In this document: positions 17,092-26,561 of the stretch, in pieces
Position numbering within the stretch: the first letter of the stretch is position 1
Layout of the letters: each line of letters starts with the position of its first letter
Assembly: GCA_002897955.1 (NCBI GenBank)
Contig: BDTY01000099.1
Span: 1-47,630 of the forward strand
Length of the DNA: 47,630 bases
Origin: an archaeon BMS3Bbin15
GTDB lineage: Archaea; Hydrothermarchaeota; Hydrothermarchaeia; Hydrothermarchaeales; BMS3B
Reading direction: 5' to 3'
Made by a program: the position numbers and the translations under genes
Notes under the pieces: model-generated
Database searches by the model: none
What the model was told of the DNA's origin: nothing
What the model saw: the letters and a program-made list of their open reading frames with translations, nothing else

Positions 17092-18156
17092 ATGCAGAGA
17101 GCACTGGATATACTCAAAAGAGATGCAAATGGATTTCTTGAACTTCCGAGGGTTCAACTTGAATCAAAGTTAACATTCTCAAAAAATCTCTTCATACCTG
17201 TAACCAATGCATGCAGAAACTCCTGCTCCTACTGCAGCTTCAGACTGGGAAAAACATATCTTCTGAGCAGAAGCAGGGTAACGAAGATGCTGGAAAATGG
17301 GAAAAAGTATGGATGTAAGGAAGCACTGTTTACCCTTGGGGAGAGGCCTGAGAACAATAAAGATGTGGGTAAAAAGCTGAAGAAATGGGGTTACTCCAAT
17401 ATTACCGAGTACCTCTATGAACTATGTGAAATTGCTCTCAGCATGAAGCTTCTCCCACATACCAACCCAGGCTCTGCAGATTATGAAGGACTGAAGATGC
17501 TCAGAGAGGTAAATGCCAGTATGGGTACCATGCTTGAAAATGCAAGCCCGAGACTTTCTGAAGAGGGCATGCCACATGAAAATAGCCCGGGAAAGCACCC
17601 TAAAGAGAGAATTAAAGTTCTTGAATCTGCCGGAAAACTTAAAATACCCTTTACCACAGGCATTCTGGTTGGAATAGGAGAAACTTCCGAGGAAATTGCA
17701 TTATCACTTGAGGTTATCGAAGAATTAAATAGAAAATATAAACATATTCAGGAGGTTATTGTTCAGAACTTCAAGCCAAAGAAGGGAACTCCCATGGAAA
17801 ATTATAAAGAGCCAGATATTTTTAAAATGATTAAGGTTGTTCGTGCTGCAAGAGAAGTTCTGACATCTCCTGTTCAGGTCCCGCCGAATCTTAACACCCA
17901 CACCTATCCCATCTTTGTGCTTTACGGCGCCTCTGACTTTGGAGGAGTTTCACCAGTTACAAAGGATTATATAAATCCCGAGGCAGCCTGGCCAGAGCTT
18001 GAGGAGCTTTTTAAAGCTTCTGAAAGGCTTGGACTCGAACTTAGAGAGAGGCTTCCGGTATATCCCAAATATATAAAAGAAAGATGGTACTCAGATAGAG
18101 TTGGTGAAGTGATAAATCTTTATGCTGATGACGAGGGTATGGTAACCTATGAATAA
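17092..18156 (+). CDS. cofG: FO synthase subunit 1 (7,8-didemethyl-8-hydroxy-5-deazariboflavin synthase, CofG)
   Basis: Radical-SAM motif CRNSCSYCSF, 354 aa, directly followed by its cofH partner. Confidence 0.85.
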   Translation: MQRALDILKRDANGFLELPRVQLESKLTFSKNLFIPVTNACRNSCSYCSFRLGKTYLLSRSRVTKMLENGKKYGCKEALFTLGERPENNKDVGKKLKKWGYSNITEYLYELCEIALSMKLLPHTNPGSADYEGLKMLREVNASMGTMLENASPRLSEEGMPHENSPGKHPKERIKVLESAGKLKIPFTTGILVGIGETSEEIALSLEVIEELNRKYKHIQEVIVQNFKPKKGTPMENYKEPDIFKMIKVVRAAREVLTSPVQVPPNLNTHTYPIFVLYGASDFGGVSPVTKDYINPEAAWPELEELFKASERLGLELRERLPVYPKYIKERWYSDRVGEVINLYADDEGMVTYE

Positions 18157-19240
18157 ATCGCCGGAAATTGACGAAATCCTTGAAAAAGCTCTTGAGGGTG
18201 TAAGGTTAAGCAAAGAGGATGCCCTTGCTCTGCTCAGCCTCACACCTGATAAAGTTTTTGATGCAGGAAAAGTTGCTGACAGGATAAGGGAAAGAAAGAC
18301 AGGAAATTATGCCACCTATGTGATTAACAGGAATATTAATTTCACAAATATATGCGTTGGAAGCTGTGCCTTCTGTGCTTTCAGAAGAGATAAAAATAGC
18401 AACGATGCCTATTTCTACCCTGTTGAGAAGATTGTTGAAAAGGCAAAGGCTGCAGAAGCTCTTGGCGCTACCGAGGTGTGCATTCAGGGAGGTTTACATC
18501 CTGGGCTGGAGATTGATTATTATGGTGATATACTCAAGAATATAAAAGAAGAAACCAGTCTCCATATACATGCTTTTTCTCCAATGGAAGTTTTATATGC
18601 CTCCAATAACAGCGGGCTTGATATTAAAGAAGGCCTCAGATACCTTAAGGAGAAGGGTCTGGATTCCATGCCAGGTACAGCCGCCGAAGTTCTTGTGGAT
18701 GAGATTAGAGAAGAGATATGTCCATCAAAACTGTCCACGAAGGAATGGATTAAGATTATAAAAACCGCTCATTATCTGGGTATTCCTAGCACTGCAACAT
18801 TACTTTACGGACATATTGAGGAAAATAAGGATATTGTTGAGCATCTAAACATAATAAGAGAGATTCAGGATAAAACTGGTGGATTTACTGAATTTGTACC
18901 CCTCTCATTCATACACTTCAAGACCGATGCCTTCAGAAATAAGAATAGCAGGGCAGGGGCAACCGGCTTTGAGGAATTAAGAATGTATATAACCTCCCGT
19001 CTGTTCCTTGACAATTTTGATAATCTACAGGTTTCCTGGGTTAAGCTCGGCAAGAAGCTCTCCCAGCTTATGCTGCGCTTCGGAGCCAATGACCTCGGCG
19101 GCACACTGATGGAAGAGAGTATATCAAGAAGTGCAGGGGCTGAGTATGAAATGTTATCAGTAAAGGAAATCGAAAGGTTGATTATCGATGCGGGCCTAGA
19201 GCCCAGGCAGAGGGATACACTTTATAATATTGTCAGATAA
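18149..19240 (+). CDS. cofH: FO synthase subunit 2 (CofH)
   Basis: Radical-SAM motif CVGSCAFCAF, 363 aa, with an 8-nt overlap with cofG. Confidence 0.85.
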   Translation: MNKSPEIDEILEKALEGVRLSKEDALALLSLTPDKVFDAGKVADRIRERKTGNYATYVINRNINFTNICVGSCAFCAFRRDKNSNDAYFYPVEKIVEKAKAAEALGATEVCIQGGLHPGLEIDYYGDILKNIKEETSLHIHAFSPMEVLYASNNSGLDIKEGLRYLKEKGLDSMPGTAAEVLVDEIREEICPSKLSTKEWIKIIKTAHYLGIPSTATLLYGHIEENKDIVEHLNIIREIQDKTGGFTEFVPLSFIHFKTDAFRNKNSRAGATGFEELRMYITSRLFLDNFDNLQVSWVKLGKKLSQLMLRFGANDLGGTLMEESISRSAGAEYEMLSVKEIERLIIDAGLEPRQRDTLYNIVR

Positions 19241-20039
19241 TTTCATTATTATGAATTCTTTAAAAGACTTTGCAATCAGGCTGGCAGAAAGCTCCGGTGA
19301 ATTTCTCCTCCAGAATTTCAAAAAGGATGAGGCTTTAATATCAACCAGAGGGCTGTCAAAGGAAATAACCACAGAGTATGATATAGAAAACGACAGATTT
19401 ATAATAAAAAAAATTTCTGAGACCTTTCCTGAACACAGTATTCTTACAGAGGAAAGCGGTTTTATTGACAGGAATAGTGAATATACATGGATTGTTGACT
19501 CTCTTGACGGAAGCAGTAATTTTGCTCTCGGAAATCCCTTCTTTTCTGTATCCATTGCCCTTATAAAAGATGAAAAACTGACTATCGGTGTGGTCTATGC
19601 ACCCTATCTCAGAGAACTCTACACTGCTGAAGCTTCTAGGGGTGCTTTTTTAAACGGAAGGAGAATTAATGTATCCATGGTGGACAGGCTGGATAGCAGT
19701 TACCTGTTAACCTGTGAGGGGGGAGAGAAGAGCAATGCAAAGATAGCAGGAATCAATGCACTGCTTCATCCGGGAGTAAAGGACCTGCGCAAGCTGGGTT
19801 CAGCTGCCATTGAGGGTGCCTGGGTTGCTTCAGGACGGGCAGAAGCATATATTACAACAGGCATATACCCTTGGGATATAGCCGCTGCTGTACTTATTGT
19901 CAGAGAGGCAGGAGGTAAGGTAAGTGATTTTGAAGGTAGAGAATGGAAGGTGGAGAAGAGTAATATTATTATGTCCAATGGAAAAATCCACGGAAAATTA
20001 ATTGAACTACTCATACCTCAGAGCTTCGGCAGGATTTAA
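19230..20039 (+). CDS. suhB: Inositol monophosphatase / fructose-1,6-bisphosphatase family protein
   Basis: Motifs ILTEESG, WIVDSLDGSSNF and WDIAAAVLIVREAGG. The probable start is ATG 19251 (MNSLKDF). Confidence 0.8.
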   Translation: MSDNFIIMNSLKDFAIRLAESSGEFLLQNFKKDEALISTRGLSKEITTEYDIENDRFIIKKISETFPEHSILTEESGFIDRNSEYTWIVDSLDGSSNFALGNPFFSVSIALIKDEKLTIGVVYAPYLRELYTAEASRGAFLNGRRINVSMVDRLDSSYLLTCEGGEKSNAKIAGINALLHPGVKDLRKLGSAAIEGAWVASGRAEAYITTGIYPWDIAAAVLIVREAGGKVSDFEGREWKVEKSNIIMSNGKIHGKLIELLIPQSFGRI

Positions 20040-21194
20040 CTTTGCAGCCCTGTAGGCTGGATATAGACCAGAGATAACACCAATAAACAGAGAAAAACCA
20101 AGGGCTGAAATTATAAGTTTGGCTGTTATAAGAGTTTGAAAGCTTGAACCGATATACATGGTGCCCATATACTGTATGAATGCAGAGATTATTGCTCCCA
20201 CCACAATTCCTATTATACCACCCACAATCCCCAGAATTCCTGCCTCGGCAACAAAGATTTTCAGCACCATGGAATCATCTGCACCTATTGCCTTCATAAC
20301 GCCTATTTCTCTTGTTCTCTCAAGAACCGAGGTTAACATTGTATTCATAATTATAACTGACCCAACAACAAGAGAAATTGATGCGATTCCCCCTATCACA
20401 AAGGTGATAATGCCTATCATTGTATCAATCTGCTTTGCAAGCTGCTCTTTTGTAAGCACATCAAAATCCTTGCCTCCTCTTATCTTTTTAAGTACCTTCT
20501 CAATCTTGGTGGCAAGCGGTTTAACCACACCTTTATTATTAGCCACCACCCAGAACATTGTAATTTCATTTCCAGCATTAAATAAATCCCTTACGGAATT
20601 CAGGCTCATATACACACTGGAATCATCTTCGGTATTACCGATTTCTCCAAAGATTCCCACAACTATGAAATTTTTACCCTTAATTTTGATAACATCCCCT
20701 ACATGCACTTTATTATCAAATATTTTATTTGCTACTCTGTAGCCAATATCTATCTCATCAAAACTATTATCACTGAAAAATCTTCCTTCCTTTATAGTAT
20801 AGTACTTACGAAACTGGTTCATCCCACCTCTTTTTATTCCAGTGACCCACATACTTTCAACTTCATTTCTGAATTTTGCTGTAGTAGGCCTGTAAAATAC
20901 CTTCACAATATCCTTAACTTGGGGAATAGCTTTTACTGCTCTTATCTGTGAATCAGTAAAGGGTAGAGATTCACTGGGGGGCCCCTGCATACTCATCATT
21001 CCACTGGGAACAACCATAATCTTATTGCTACCCATAGCATCAAGCTGCCCGGAAACACTTGCTCGCATACCTTCGCCAATAGAAACCATACTCACAACTA
21101 TTGCAACACCTATGACTATTCCCATGACAGTGAGAAAGCTCCTTATTTTGGATTCTTTAATATTTTTTATAGAGAAATATATCTCTTCAATCAT
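20007..21194 (-). CDS. ABC transporter permease, MacB/FtsX type
   Basis: N-terminal TM, a ~200-aa extracytoplasmic MacB-like domain, then a C-terminal FtsX 3-TM module with REIGVMKAIGA and LYPAYRAAKLNPAEALRYE. Confidence 0.8.
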   Translation of the reverse strand: MIEEIYFSIKNIKESKIRSFLTVMGIVIGVAIVVSMVSIGEGMRASVSGQLDAMGSNKIMVVPSGMMSMQGPPSESLPFTDSQIRAVKAIPQVKDIVKVFYRPTTAKFRNEVESMWVTGIKRGGMNQFRKYYTIKEGRFFSDNSFDEIDIGYRVANKIFDNKVHVGDVIKIKGKNFIVVGIFGEIGNTEDDSSVYMSLNSVRDLFNAGNEITMFWVVANNKGVVKPLATKIEKVLKKIRGGKDFDVLTKEQLAKQIDTMIGIITFVIGGIASISLVVGSVIIMNTMLTSVLERTREIGVMKAIGADDSMVLKIFVAEAGILGIVGGIIGIVVGAIISAFIQYMGTMYIGSSFQTLITAKLIISALGFSLFIGVISGLYPAYRAAKLNPAEALRYE

Positions 21195-21195
21195 A

Positions 21196-22380
21196 TTAGC
21201 TCCTCAGTGAGTCAACAGGATTCAACTTTGAGGCTCTGTAAGCAGGGTAAAGCCCGGCAATTGCACCAATTACAACAGCAAATATAAGAGCAAAGGCTGC
21301 AAGGGCAGGTGAAACTGTTGTTTTAAGAACATCATTGCCAAGGTAAACGGAAGCAGCCATATTTATAACTCTGGAAGTAGCATAGCCAAGGGCAACACCA
21401 ATAACACCGCCTGTGAACCCCACCACCACAGCATCTGCCATAAATATCTTCATTACCTGACTGTCGCTTGCGCCTATTGCCTTTATTATTCCTATCTCCC
21501 TAACCCTTTCAGTCACATTCATTATCATTGTATTGGAAATTCCTATAGCTCCAACTATCAGAGAGATTGCTGCAAGACCTCCAAATACAACCTGTACAAT
21601 TTTGAAAACCACACTGGCTTTTTCAAAGATTTCTTTCTGAGTAGCAACAAAATAATTCTTGCTGCTTTCCTTTCTCTTCTTAATCAGGTCATCAATTCTA
21701 ATTTTTACATCTTCAATATTTACTCCTTTCTGCGCTTTTACAATAATCATTGTTACAGCATTTTTGGCTCCAACAAGTTCTCTCAACTGGTTAATATCTG
21801 TATATAGAGTGTAATCCTTGATTCTATCCCCTGTCTTCTGGAAGATTCCGACAACCTCGAAGGTTTTCCCTCTTATTTTTATTGTATTGCCAACATTTAC
21901 TTTCCTTGAAAAGAGGTCATCATGGATACCATAGCCTATAACCACCTTACTCTGGTCTCCTTTGCCCAGCCACCTTCCCTGAAGTAGAGAATAACCCCCG
22001 GTGTTACCAAAGGTGTTTTCTGCCTTCTCAGGGTCTATGCCAAAGATAACTATGTTTTTCTCCTGTCCTCCAAATTCCACGCTTGTGGAGACGCTGAACA
22101 AGGGGGAGACAAAGGCAACACCAGAAAGCTTCCCAATAGCTCTTGAGTCATCATCATTCAGCTGGCCAGCTTTGGTCCCATAGGAGAATTTTGGGGTAAT
22201 AATAATTTTATCACTACCCAGAGACTGTAGCTGCTCTTTCAGTGTTGCCTTCATGCCTGAACCCACCGATATCATACTCACAACTGCCATTATACCAATA
22301 ATCACTCCCATAAGAGTGAGAAATGTTCTTGCTTTTCTGTGAGAGAGCGTTCTTACCGAAAGAAGAAAATAGTCATACAT
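21196..22380 (-). CDS. ABC transporter permease, MacB/FtsX type (paralog)
   Basis: Same architecture as its neighbour (REIGIIKAIGA, LYPAYRASKLNPVDSLRS). No ATPase gene is adjacent. Confidence 0.8.
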   Translation of the reverse strand: MYDYFLLSVRTLSHRKARTFLTLMGVIIGIMAVVSMISVGSGMKATLKEQLQSLGSDKIIITPKFSYGTKAGQLNDDDSRAIGKLSGVAFVSPLFSVSTSVEFGGQEKNIVIFGIDPEKAENTFGNTGGYSLLQGRWLGKGDQSKVVIGYGIHDDLFSRKVNVGNTIKIRGKTFEVVGIFQKTGDRIKDYTLYTDINQLRELVGAKNAVTMIIVKAQKGVNIEDVKIRIDDLIKKRKESSKNYFVATQKEIFEKASVVFKIVQVVFGGLAAISLIVGAIGISNTMIMNVTERVREIGIIKAIGASDSQVMKIFMADAVVVGFTGGVIGVALGYATSRVINMAASVYLGNDVLKTTVSPALAAFALIFAVVIGAIAGLYPAYRASKLNPVDSLRS

Positions 22381-22448
22381 TAAATTAAATTAGGCATAAA
22401 GAATATAAAAGTCTTGGCTACTTCTCATCTGATTTCCTCATTACAAAA
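22365..22448. repeat. Direct repeat copy A (84 bp) flanking the vapBC cassette
   Basis: GAAAATAGTCATACATTAAAT[TAAAT]TAGGCATAAAGAATATAAAAGTCTTGGCTACTTCTCATCTGATTTCCTCATTACAAAA. It contains the real start of the permease gene plus a duplicated last 9 codons and stop of the phosphatidyltransferase gene. Confidence 0.9.
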
Positions 22449-22502
22449 CAAATCTTGTGGTCATGAATTCGAAACAAATAAACCCCGATATCTCCTTCTA
22501 TT

Positions 22503-22994
22503 TTAGGGCTTCCACACCTTAAGGAAGTCAACACGTTCAAAATCTCTGTCGTTAGTGGCAATATCTGTGATGTCATTCACTTTGCAGCAGGCTGAATGAA
22601 GTGCATCGGAAAACCAGAGCCCGTACTTCCGTGAGATATCCAAGGCCTTCTCCAGAACATCAGAAGTATCCAGTATTTTTAACCCGTAGTCTTTGAGGAC
22701 TTCCTCACTTGCCTTAAAAGGTCTGTTTAAGCTTTTAATGAAAGCCGGATTGCTCTTCAGAAATTTTACAGCTTTCTGAGAGGTTAGCTTCTTTTTAGAA
22801 TAAACCTCGAAAATCACGAGTTTATGAAAAAATTCATCAAGCACAATGGAATTAATATACCCTTCAATTTCACCATACTTAACCCTACCAAGGAAATCCT
22901 CGCACGTTTTGGTATAATGGGTGTTTGTAAAAGCATATATCAGGATACTTGTATCGACGAAGACCGAACCTTTAACCAGGCGCTCCAGCTCCAT
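22503..22994 (-). CDS. vapC: PIN-domain toxin VapC
   Basis: Acidic PIN residues sit in VFVDTSILIYAF, IVLDEF, SDALHSA and ATNDRDFERV. 163 aa. The start overlaps the vapB stop. Confidence 0.8.
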   Translation of the reverse strand: MELERLVKGSVFVDTSILIYAFTNTHYTKTCEDFLGRVKYGEIEGYINSIVLDEFFHKLVIFEVYSKKKLTSQKAVKFLKSNPAFIKSLNRPFKASEEVLKDYGLKILDTSDVLEKALDISRKYGLWFSDALHSACCKVNDITDIATNDRDFERVDFLKVWKP

Positions 22995-23188
22995 CAGACC
23001 AGCTCTTCCAAATCCTTTTCCGCAATCTTCAGAACTATATCCTCTGGAACATCTATTTTGGTTTTAACAATTGGCCCTTCCTTCAACTTAACCAGTATCT
23101 CTTTTTCGCCGGTTTTTAAAGGTCTGTCAAGGATGAGCGTTTTCTTATCAATGATTCTGCCGTACACCTCTACAGGCATTCCTATCAC
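22994..23188 (-). CDS. vapB: Putative antitoxin VapB (AF2212/DUF104-like)
   Basis: 64-aa ORF translationally coupled upstream of vapC. VEVYGRIIDKKTLILDRPLKTGEKEILVKL resembles the small beta-barrel antitoxins paired with archaeal PIN toxins. Confidence 0.55.
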   Translation of the reverse strand: MIGMPVEVYGRIIDKKTLILDRPLKTGEKEILVKLKEGPIVKTKIDVPEDIVLKIAEKDLEELV

Positions 23189-23320
23189 CTGTTATATGAT
23201 TACCATTTAACCTTAAAAAACTATACTGCCCTGTTTTTAGTTTCAGCAATACTGGAATATTTCCCCCGCATGAAATACAGGAAGGATAAATCTCTGGAAC
23301 TTAAATATAAAATTTTGATT

Positions 23321-23399
23321 GAAAATAGTCATACATTAAATTAGGCATAAAGAATATAAAAGCCCTGGCTACTTCTCATCTGATTTCCTCATTACAAAA
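23321..23399. repeat. Direct repeat copy B (79 bp) flanking the vapBC cassette
   Basis: Same sequence as copy A apart from two transitions (GCCCT versus GTCTT) and the absence of one TAAAT unit. It contains the real 3' end of the phosphatidyltransferase gene plus an orphan copy of the first 16 nt of the permease CDS. Confidence 0.9.
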
Positions 23400-23968
23400 T
23401 AGGTGTAGGTAAATCTTTCTATTGCTGTGGAGAAGGCAATAAGAGTCAGTAAAACAAAACCATAGTATAGCATCTTTTCCGCAGGATATAAACCCATAAC
23501 GGCTGCTGCAAGGGCAACAATCAGAATAATCAGTCTCTCAGCTCTTTCGCCAAGACCGACATCGCACTTTGGAATGAAGTGTTCCGCTCTTGCTCTTGTA
23601 TAGCTAACCATAAAGCTTCCAGCCAGAGCAAACATGCCGAGAAGATACGCATGAAGATATAAGGTTAAGCCTATAAGCACGGCTGCATCGCTGTATCTAT
23701 CCAGAACTGAATCAAAAAAAGCACCGAAGTCCGAAATTCTATTTAGAAGCCTTGCCACAGCTCCATCCATTACATCAAAAAACCCGGCAAGTATAAGAAA
23801 AACAAGAGCAAGGGAAAGATTACCAGTGTAAAAAGATAAGGCAGCTATTACACTCGCTACAAAACCCATAATTGTAATCAAACTCGGGCTTATTCTCAGA
23901 AAAGCAAAAATCTTTGCTATGGGAATAATTATAGAATTTGCTATACCTCTAAAATTTGAACTGAGCAT
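23369..23968 (-). CDS. CDP-alcohol phosphatidyltransferase (archaetidylinositol-phosphate / archaetidylserine synthase-like)
   Basis: Signature DVMDGAVARLLNRISDFGAFFDSVLDRYSD, which fits D(x)2DG(x)2AR(x)8G(x)3D(x)3D. Multi-TM, 199 aa. Confidence 0.8.
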   Translation of the reverse strand: MLSSNFRGIANSIIIPIAKIFAFLRISPSLITIMGFVASVIAALSFYTGNLSLALVFLILAGFFDVMDGAVARLLNRISDFGAFFDSVLDRYSDAAVLIGLTLYLHAYLLGMFALAGSFMVSYTRARAEHFIPKCDVGLGERAERLIILIVALAAAVMGLYPAEKMLYYGFVLLTLIAFSTAIERFTYTYFVMRKSDEK

Positions 23969-24005
23969 CGTTCAGTTATTATAGCTTAACTATTAAAAAA
24001 TTTGT

Positions 24006-25523
24006 GTGAGAATTATGAAAGTTCTTCTAATAACAGGGAAACTGGCTGAGGATAGGGTCAGAGCTATAGCAGGAAAGTATGGCATTGACGTTTATACTTT
24101 CAATGTCAATGTTGCAAGTTTTATAACCCCTGGGAAGATTATCAGGGAGTTTAAGGGCACAAGATTTATTAAAAATTATGATGCTCTTATAGTTCCCGGT
24201 ACCATAGGGGGTAATTTGAATGCTGTTGAAAGGGAGCTGGAAATTAAAGCTTTCAGAGGAACAAAGGATTTATCACTCCTTGAATTCCTACTTAAGCATC
24301 TTGAAAGTCTTCCTCTTTCATCTGAAGAATCTGCTGATGATATGCTCAGGGAGTATATTAAAGAGGCTGCTATGGAGGAAATTAAAAATATTGAAATGCC
24401 TGAAGTTAAGGAAAGGCTTCTGAAGGAGAAAGGAAATTTCCTTATAGGCACTCTGGGCACTGGAAAGGATTTTCCAATGCGAGTGGTTGCCGAAGTGGTG
24501 GATGCTGAAAAGCTGAAAAGGAAGGAACTCCTTGAGAAGGCAGAGTATTATCTGAAAAGTGGAGCAGACATTGTCGATATAGGAATAAGGGAAAGAAATC
24601 CCGAGGCTGTTGAAAAAGCTGTATCTGTTCTCAAGGAGCTTGATGCCCCAGTATCTATAGACACAATGGAAGCAGATAATATTGAAGCCGCCATGGATGC
24701 AGACATAGATTTAATTCTCAGTTTCAGCAGGGAGTTGATTGAGGAGCTTCAGGGAGTTAAAGTAGCAAGTGTTATTCTTCCCATAGTCAGCGGAAAGCTT
24801 CCCGAGAGTGCTGAAAGGAGAGTTGAATTTCTCGAGCAAAATCTTGGTCTTGCCAGAGATTCCGGTTTTTCAAGAGTGATAGCTGACCCTGTACTTAACC
24901 ATCCAAATTTTAATCTCGTGGGAGCTCTTGCTGCCTACAGGCTCTTTGCAAGAAAAAATCCTGATGAAGCAATCCTGTTTGGAGCAGGTAATGTGACCGA
25001 GCTTCTTGATGCTGACAGTACAGGAGTTAATGCCCTGCTTGCAAGTATAGCAGGAGAGATTGGCGCTGAATTACTATTTACAACAGAGGCAAGCGATAAG
25101 ACTCTCGGGTGCGTAAGAGAGCTTTCTCTGGCAGGAAAGATGATGTTCCTTGCGAGGAAAAGAAAGTCGGCACCAAAGGACATTGGAATTGACCTTCTGG
25201 TGCTGAAGGAGAAGAGAATTTTTAGAGAGCCTCTTGACAGCAATGTGTTAAATGCAATCCTCGTGGAGGCTGAAAAAAGTTCCAGCTATATTGAGGATAG
25301 GAAAGGTTACTTTAAGATTTTCGTTAAAGATATGATTTATGCAGCTCATTTCATAGGAGATGAAATAGACATTGTAATCACCGGCGAGAAGGCAGGAGAT
25401 ATAAGTCATACTATATGTAAACTCGGGCTTATCTCAGAACCATCTCATGGTTTGTATCTCGGGAGGGAGCTTCAGAAGGCAGAATTTGCCCTGAGATATA
25501 ACAGGAGCTACCTTCAAGATTAA
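24006..25523 (+). CDS. Dihydropteroate synthase-like (pterin-binding) protein, archaeal ~500-aa type
   Basis: The central region (GADIVDIG..., VSIDTM, ISFSRE, AGNVTEL) resembles a pterin-binding TIM barrel, with extra N- and C-terminal domains. A role in methanopterin or folate-like biosynthesis is inferred only. The start is probably ATG 24015. Confidence 0.6.
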   Translation: MRIMKVLLITGKLAEDRVRAIAGKYGIDVYTFNVNVASFITPGKIIREFKGTRFIKNYDALIVPGTIGGNLNAVERELEIKAFRGTKDLSLLEFLLKHLESLPLSSEESADDMLREYIKEAAMEEIKNIEMPEVKERLLKEKGNFLIGTLGTGKDFPMRVVAEVVDAEKLKRKELLEKAEYYLKSGADIVDIGIRERNPEAVEKAVSVLKELDAPVSIDTMEADNIEAAMDADIDLILSFSRELIEELQGVKVASVILPIVSGKLPESAERRVEFLEQNLGLARDSGFSRVIADPVLNHPNFNLVGALAAYRLFARKNPDEAILFGAGNVTELLDADSTGVNALLASIAGEIGAELLFTTEASDKTLGCVRELSLAGKMMFLARKRKSAPKDIGIDLLVLKEKRIFREPLDSNVLNAILVEAEKSSSYIEDRKGYFKIFVKDMIYAAHFIGDEIDIVITGEKAGDISHTICKLGLISEPSHGLYLGRELQKAEFALRYNRSYLQD

Positions 25524-25541
25524 GCGCTGAAAAGGATTTAA

Positions 25542-25931
25542 ATATCAAATTGGCTATGCTGTATATCAGAATTTTCAAAGCATCTGGATAGCAGAAGATA
25601 TGATGTTGTGTTCACCTAAAACTTATATCATTTTTTCAGAAAGCAGGAAAGGAAGAAATTCAGAGAGACAGTCAGAAGAGTTCTGAAACCAGAGGGACTT
25701 CTTTTTCTGAGTACTCTATCCATAGAAGATATACAGGATTATACCACTCTCCCAGAAACAGCTTCGTCCAGAAAACCATACGTCCATCTATCAACCAGAG
25801 AAGAATTAAAGAAAGAGTTTAATTTTTTGAGGATTAAAGAGCTTTATGAGCATGAATATGACGAGCCTCACTCTTCTGGTGAGATTCACCACCATGTTTT
25901 ATTGATGCTTATGGGTGAAAACATTGGGTAA
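25542..25931 (+). pseudogene. Remnant of a class I SAM-dependent methyltransferase
   Basis: A single frame reads ...HLDSRRYDVVFT*NLYHFFRKQERKKFRETVRRVLKPEGLLFLSTLS...HHHVLLMLMGENIG*. There is an in-frame TAA at 25617-25619. No start codon is present and the N-terminal SAM-binding motif I is missing. Confidence 0.5.
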
Positions 25932-25982
25932 AGAGAGCTTCGCAGCAAAACACTTATAAAACAGTAAAAATATTCTCTGATT

Positions 25983-26552
25983 ATGCGTCAGGCAAAAGTA
26001 GAACGGACAACGAAAGAAACAGGTATAGAGGTAATTATCAATCTTGACAGCACTGGTAAAAGTACAATAAATTCATCCTTCCCCTTTTTGAATCATCTTC
26101 TTGACAGTTTTTCAAGACATGGCAGGTTTGATATTAAAATTAATGCCACAGGTGATAACGAACACCATATTGTCGAGGACATTGCAATTGTTCTTGGAAG
26201 GGCTTTCAATAAAGCCCTTGGTGAAAAAGTTGGAATAGAGCGCTTTGGCTCAGCAATTATACCCATGGATGATGTACTTGTGCTTGTGGCGATTGATATC
26301 GGTGGAAGGAGTTATATTGTAAATAATGTGAAGTTCAGATATAAGTCTGTAGAAGGTCTCAGTTCAGAGATGATTGACCACTTTATTGACACCCTTGCAA
26401 AAGAGATGAAGATAAACCTCCATGCAAAGCTTCTTGCAGGTAAAAATGAGCACCACAAGGCTGAAGCTTTATTCAAGGCTATGGGTGTTGCCATGAGGAA
26501 GGCCACAAGAGTTACAGGAGATGAACTTCCCAGCACAAAGGGCACACTATAA
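25983..26552 (+). CDS. hisB: Imidazoleglycerol-phosphate dehydratase
   Basis: 189 aa with ERTTKET, FLNHLLDSFSRHG, DNEHHIVEDIAIVLG and NEHHKAEALFKA motifs. Confidence 0.9.
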   Translation: MRQAKVERTTKETGIEVIINLDSTGKSTINSSFPFLNHLLDSFSRHGRFDIKINATGDNEHHIVEDIAIVLGRAFNKALGEKVGIERFGSAIIPMDDVLVLVAIDIGGRSYIVNNVKFRYKSVEGLSSEMIDHFIDTLAKEMKINLHAKLLAGKNEHHKAEALFKAMGVAMRKATRVTGDELPSTKGTL

Positions 26553-26561
26553 GGTGATATT

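Noticed and set aside
22449-23320. Terminal inverted repeats or a transposase remnant on the vapBC insert.
   Set aside because: The two insert ends (CAAATCTTGTGG... and ...AAAATTTTGATT) are not reverse-complementary, and the insert is fully accounted for by vapB, vapC and about 130 bp of upstream sequence.
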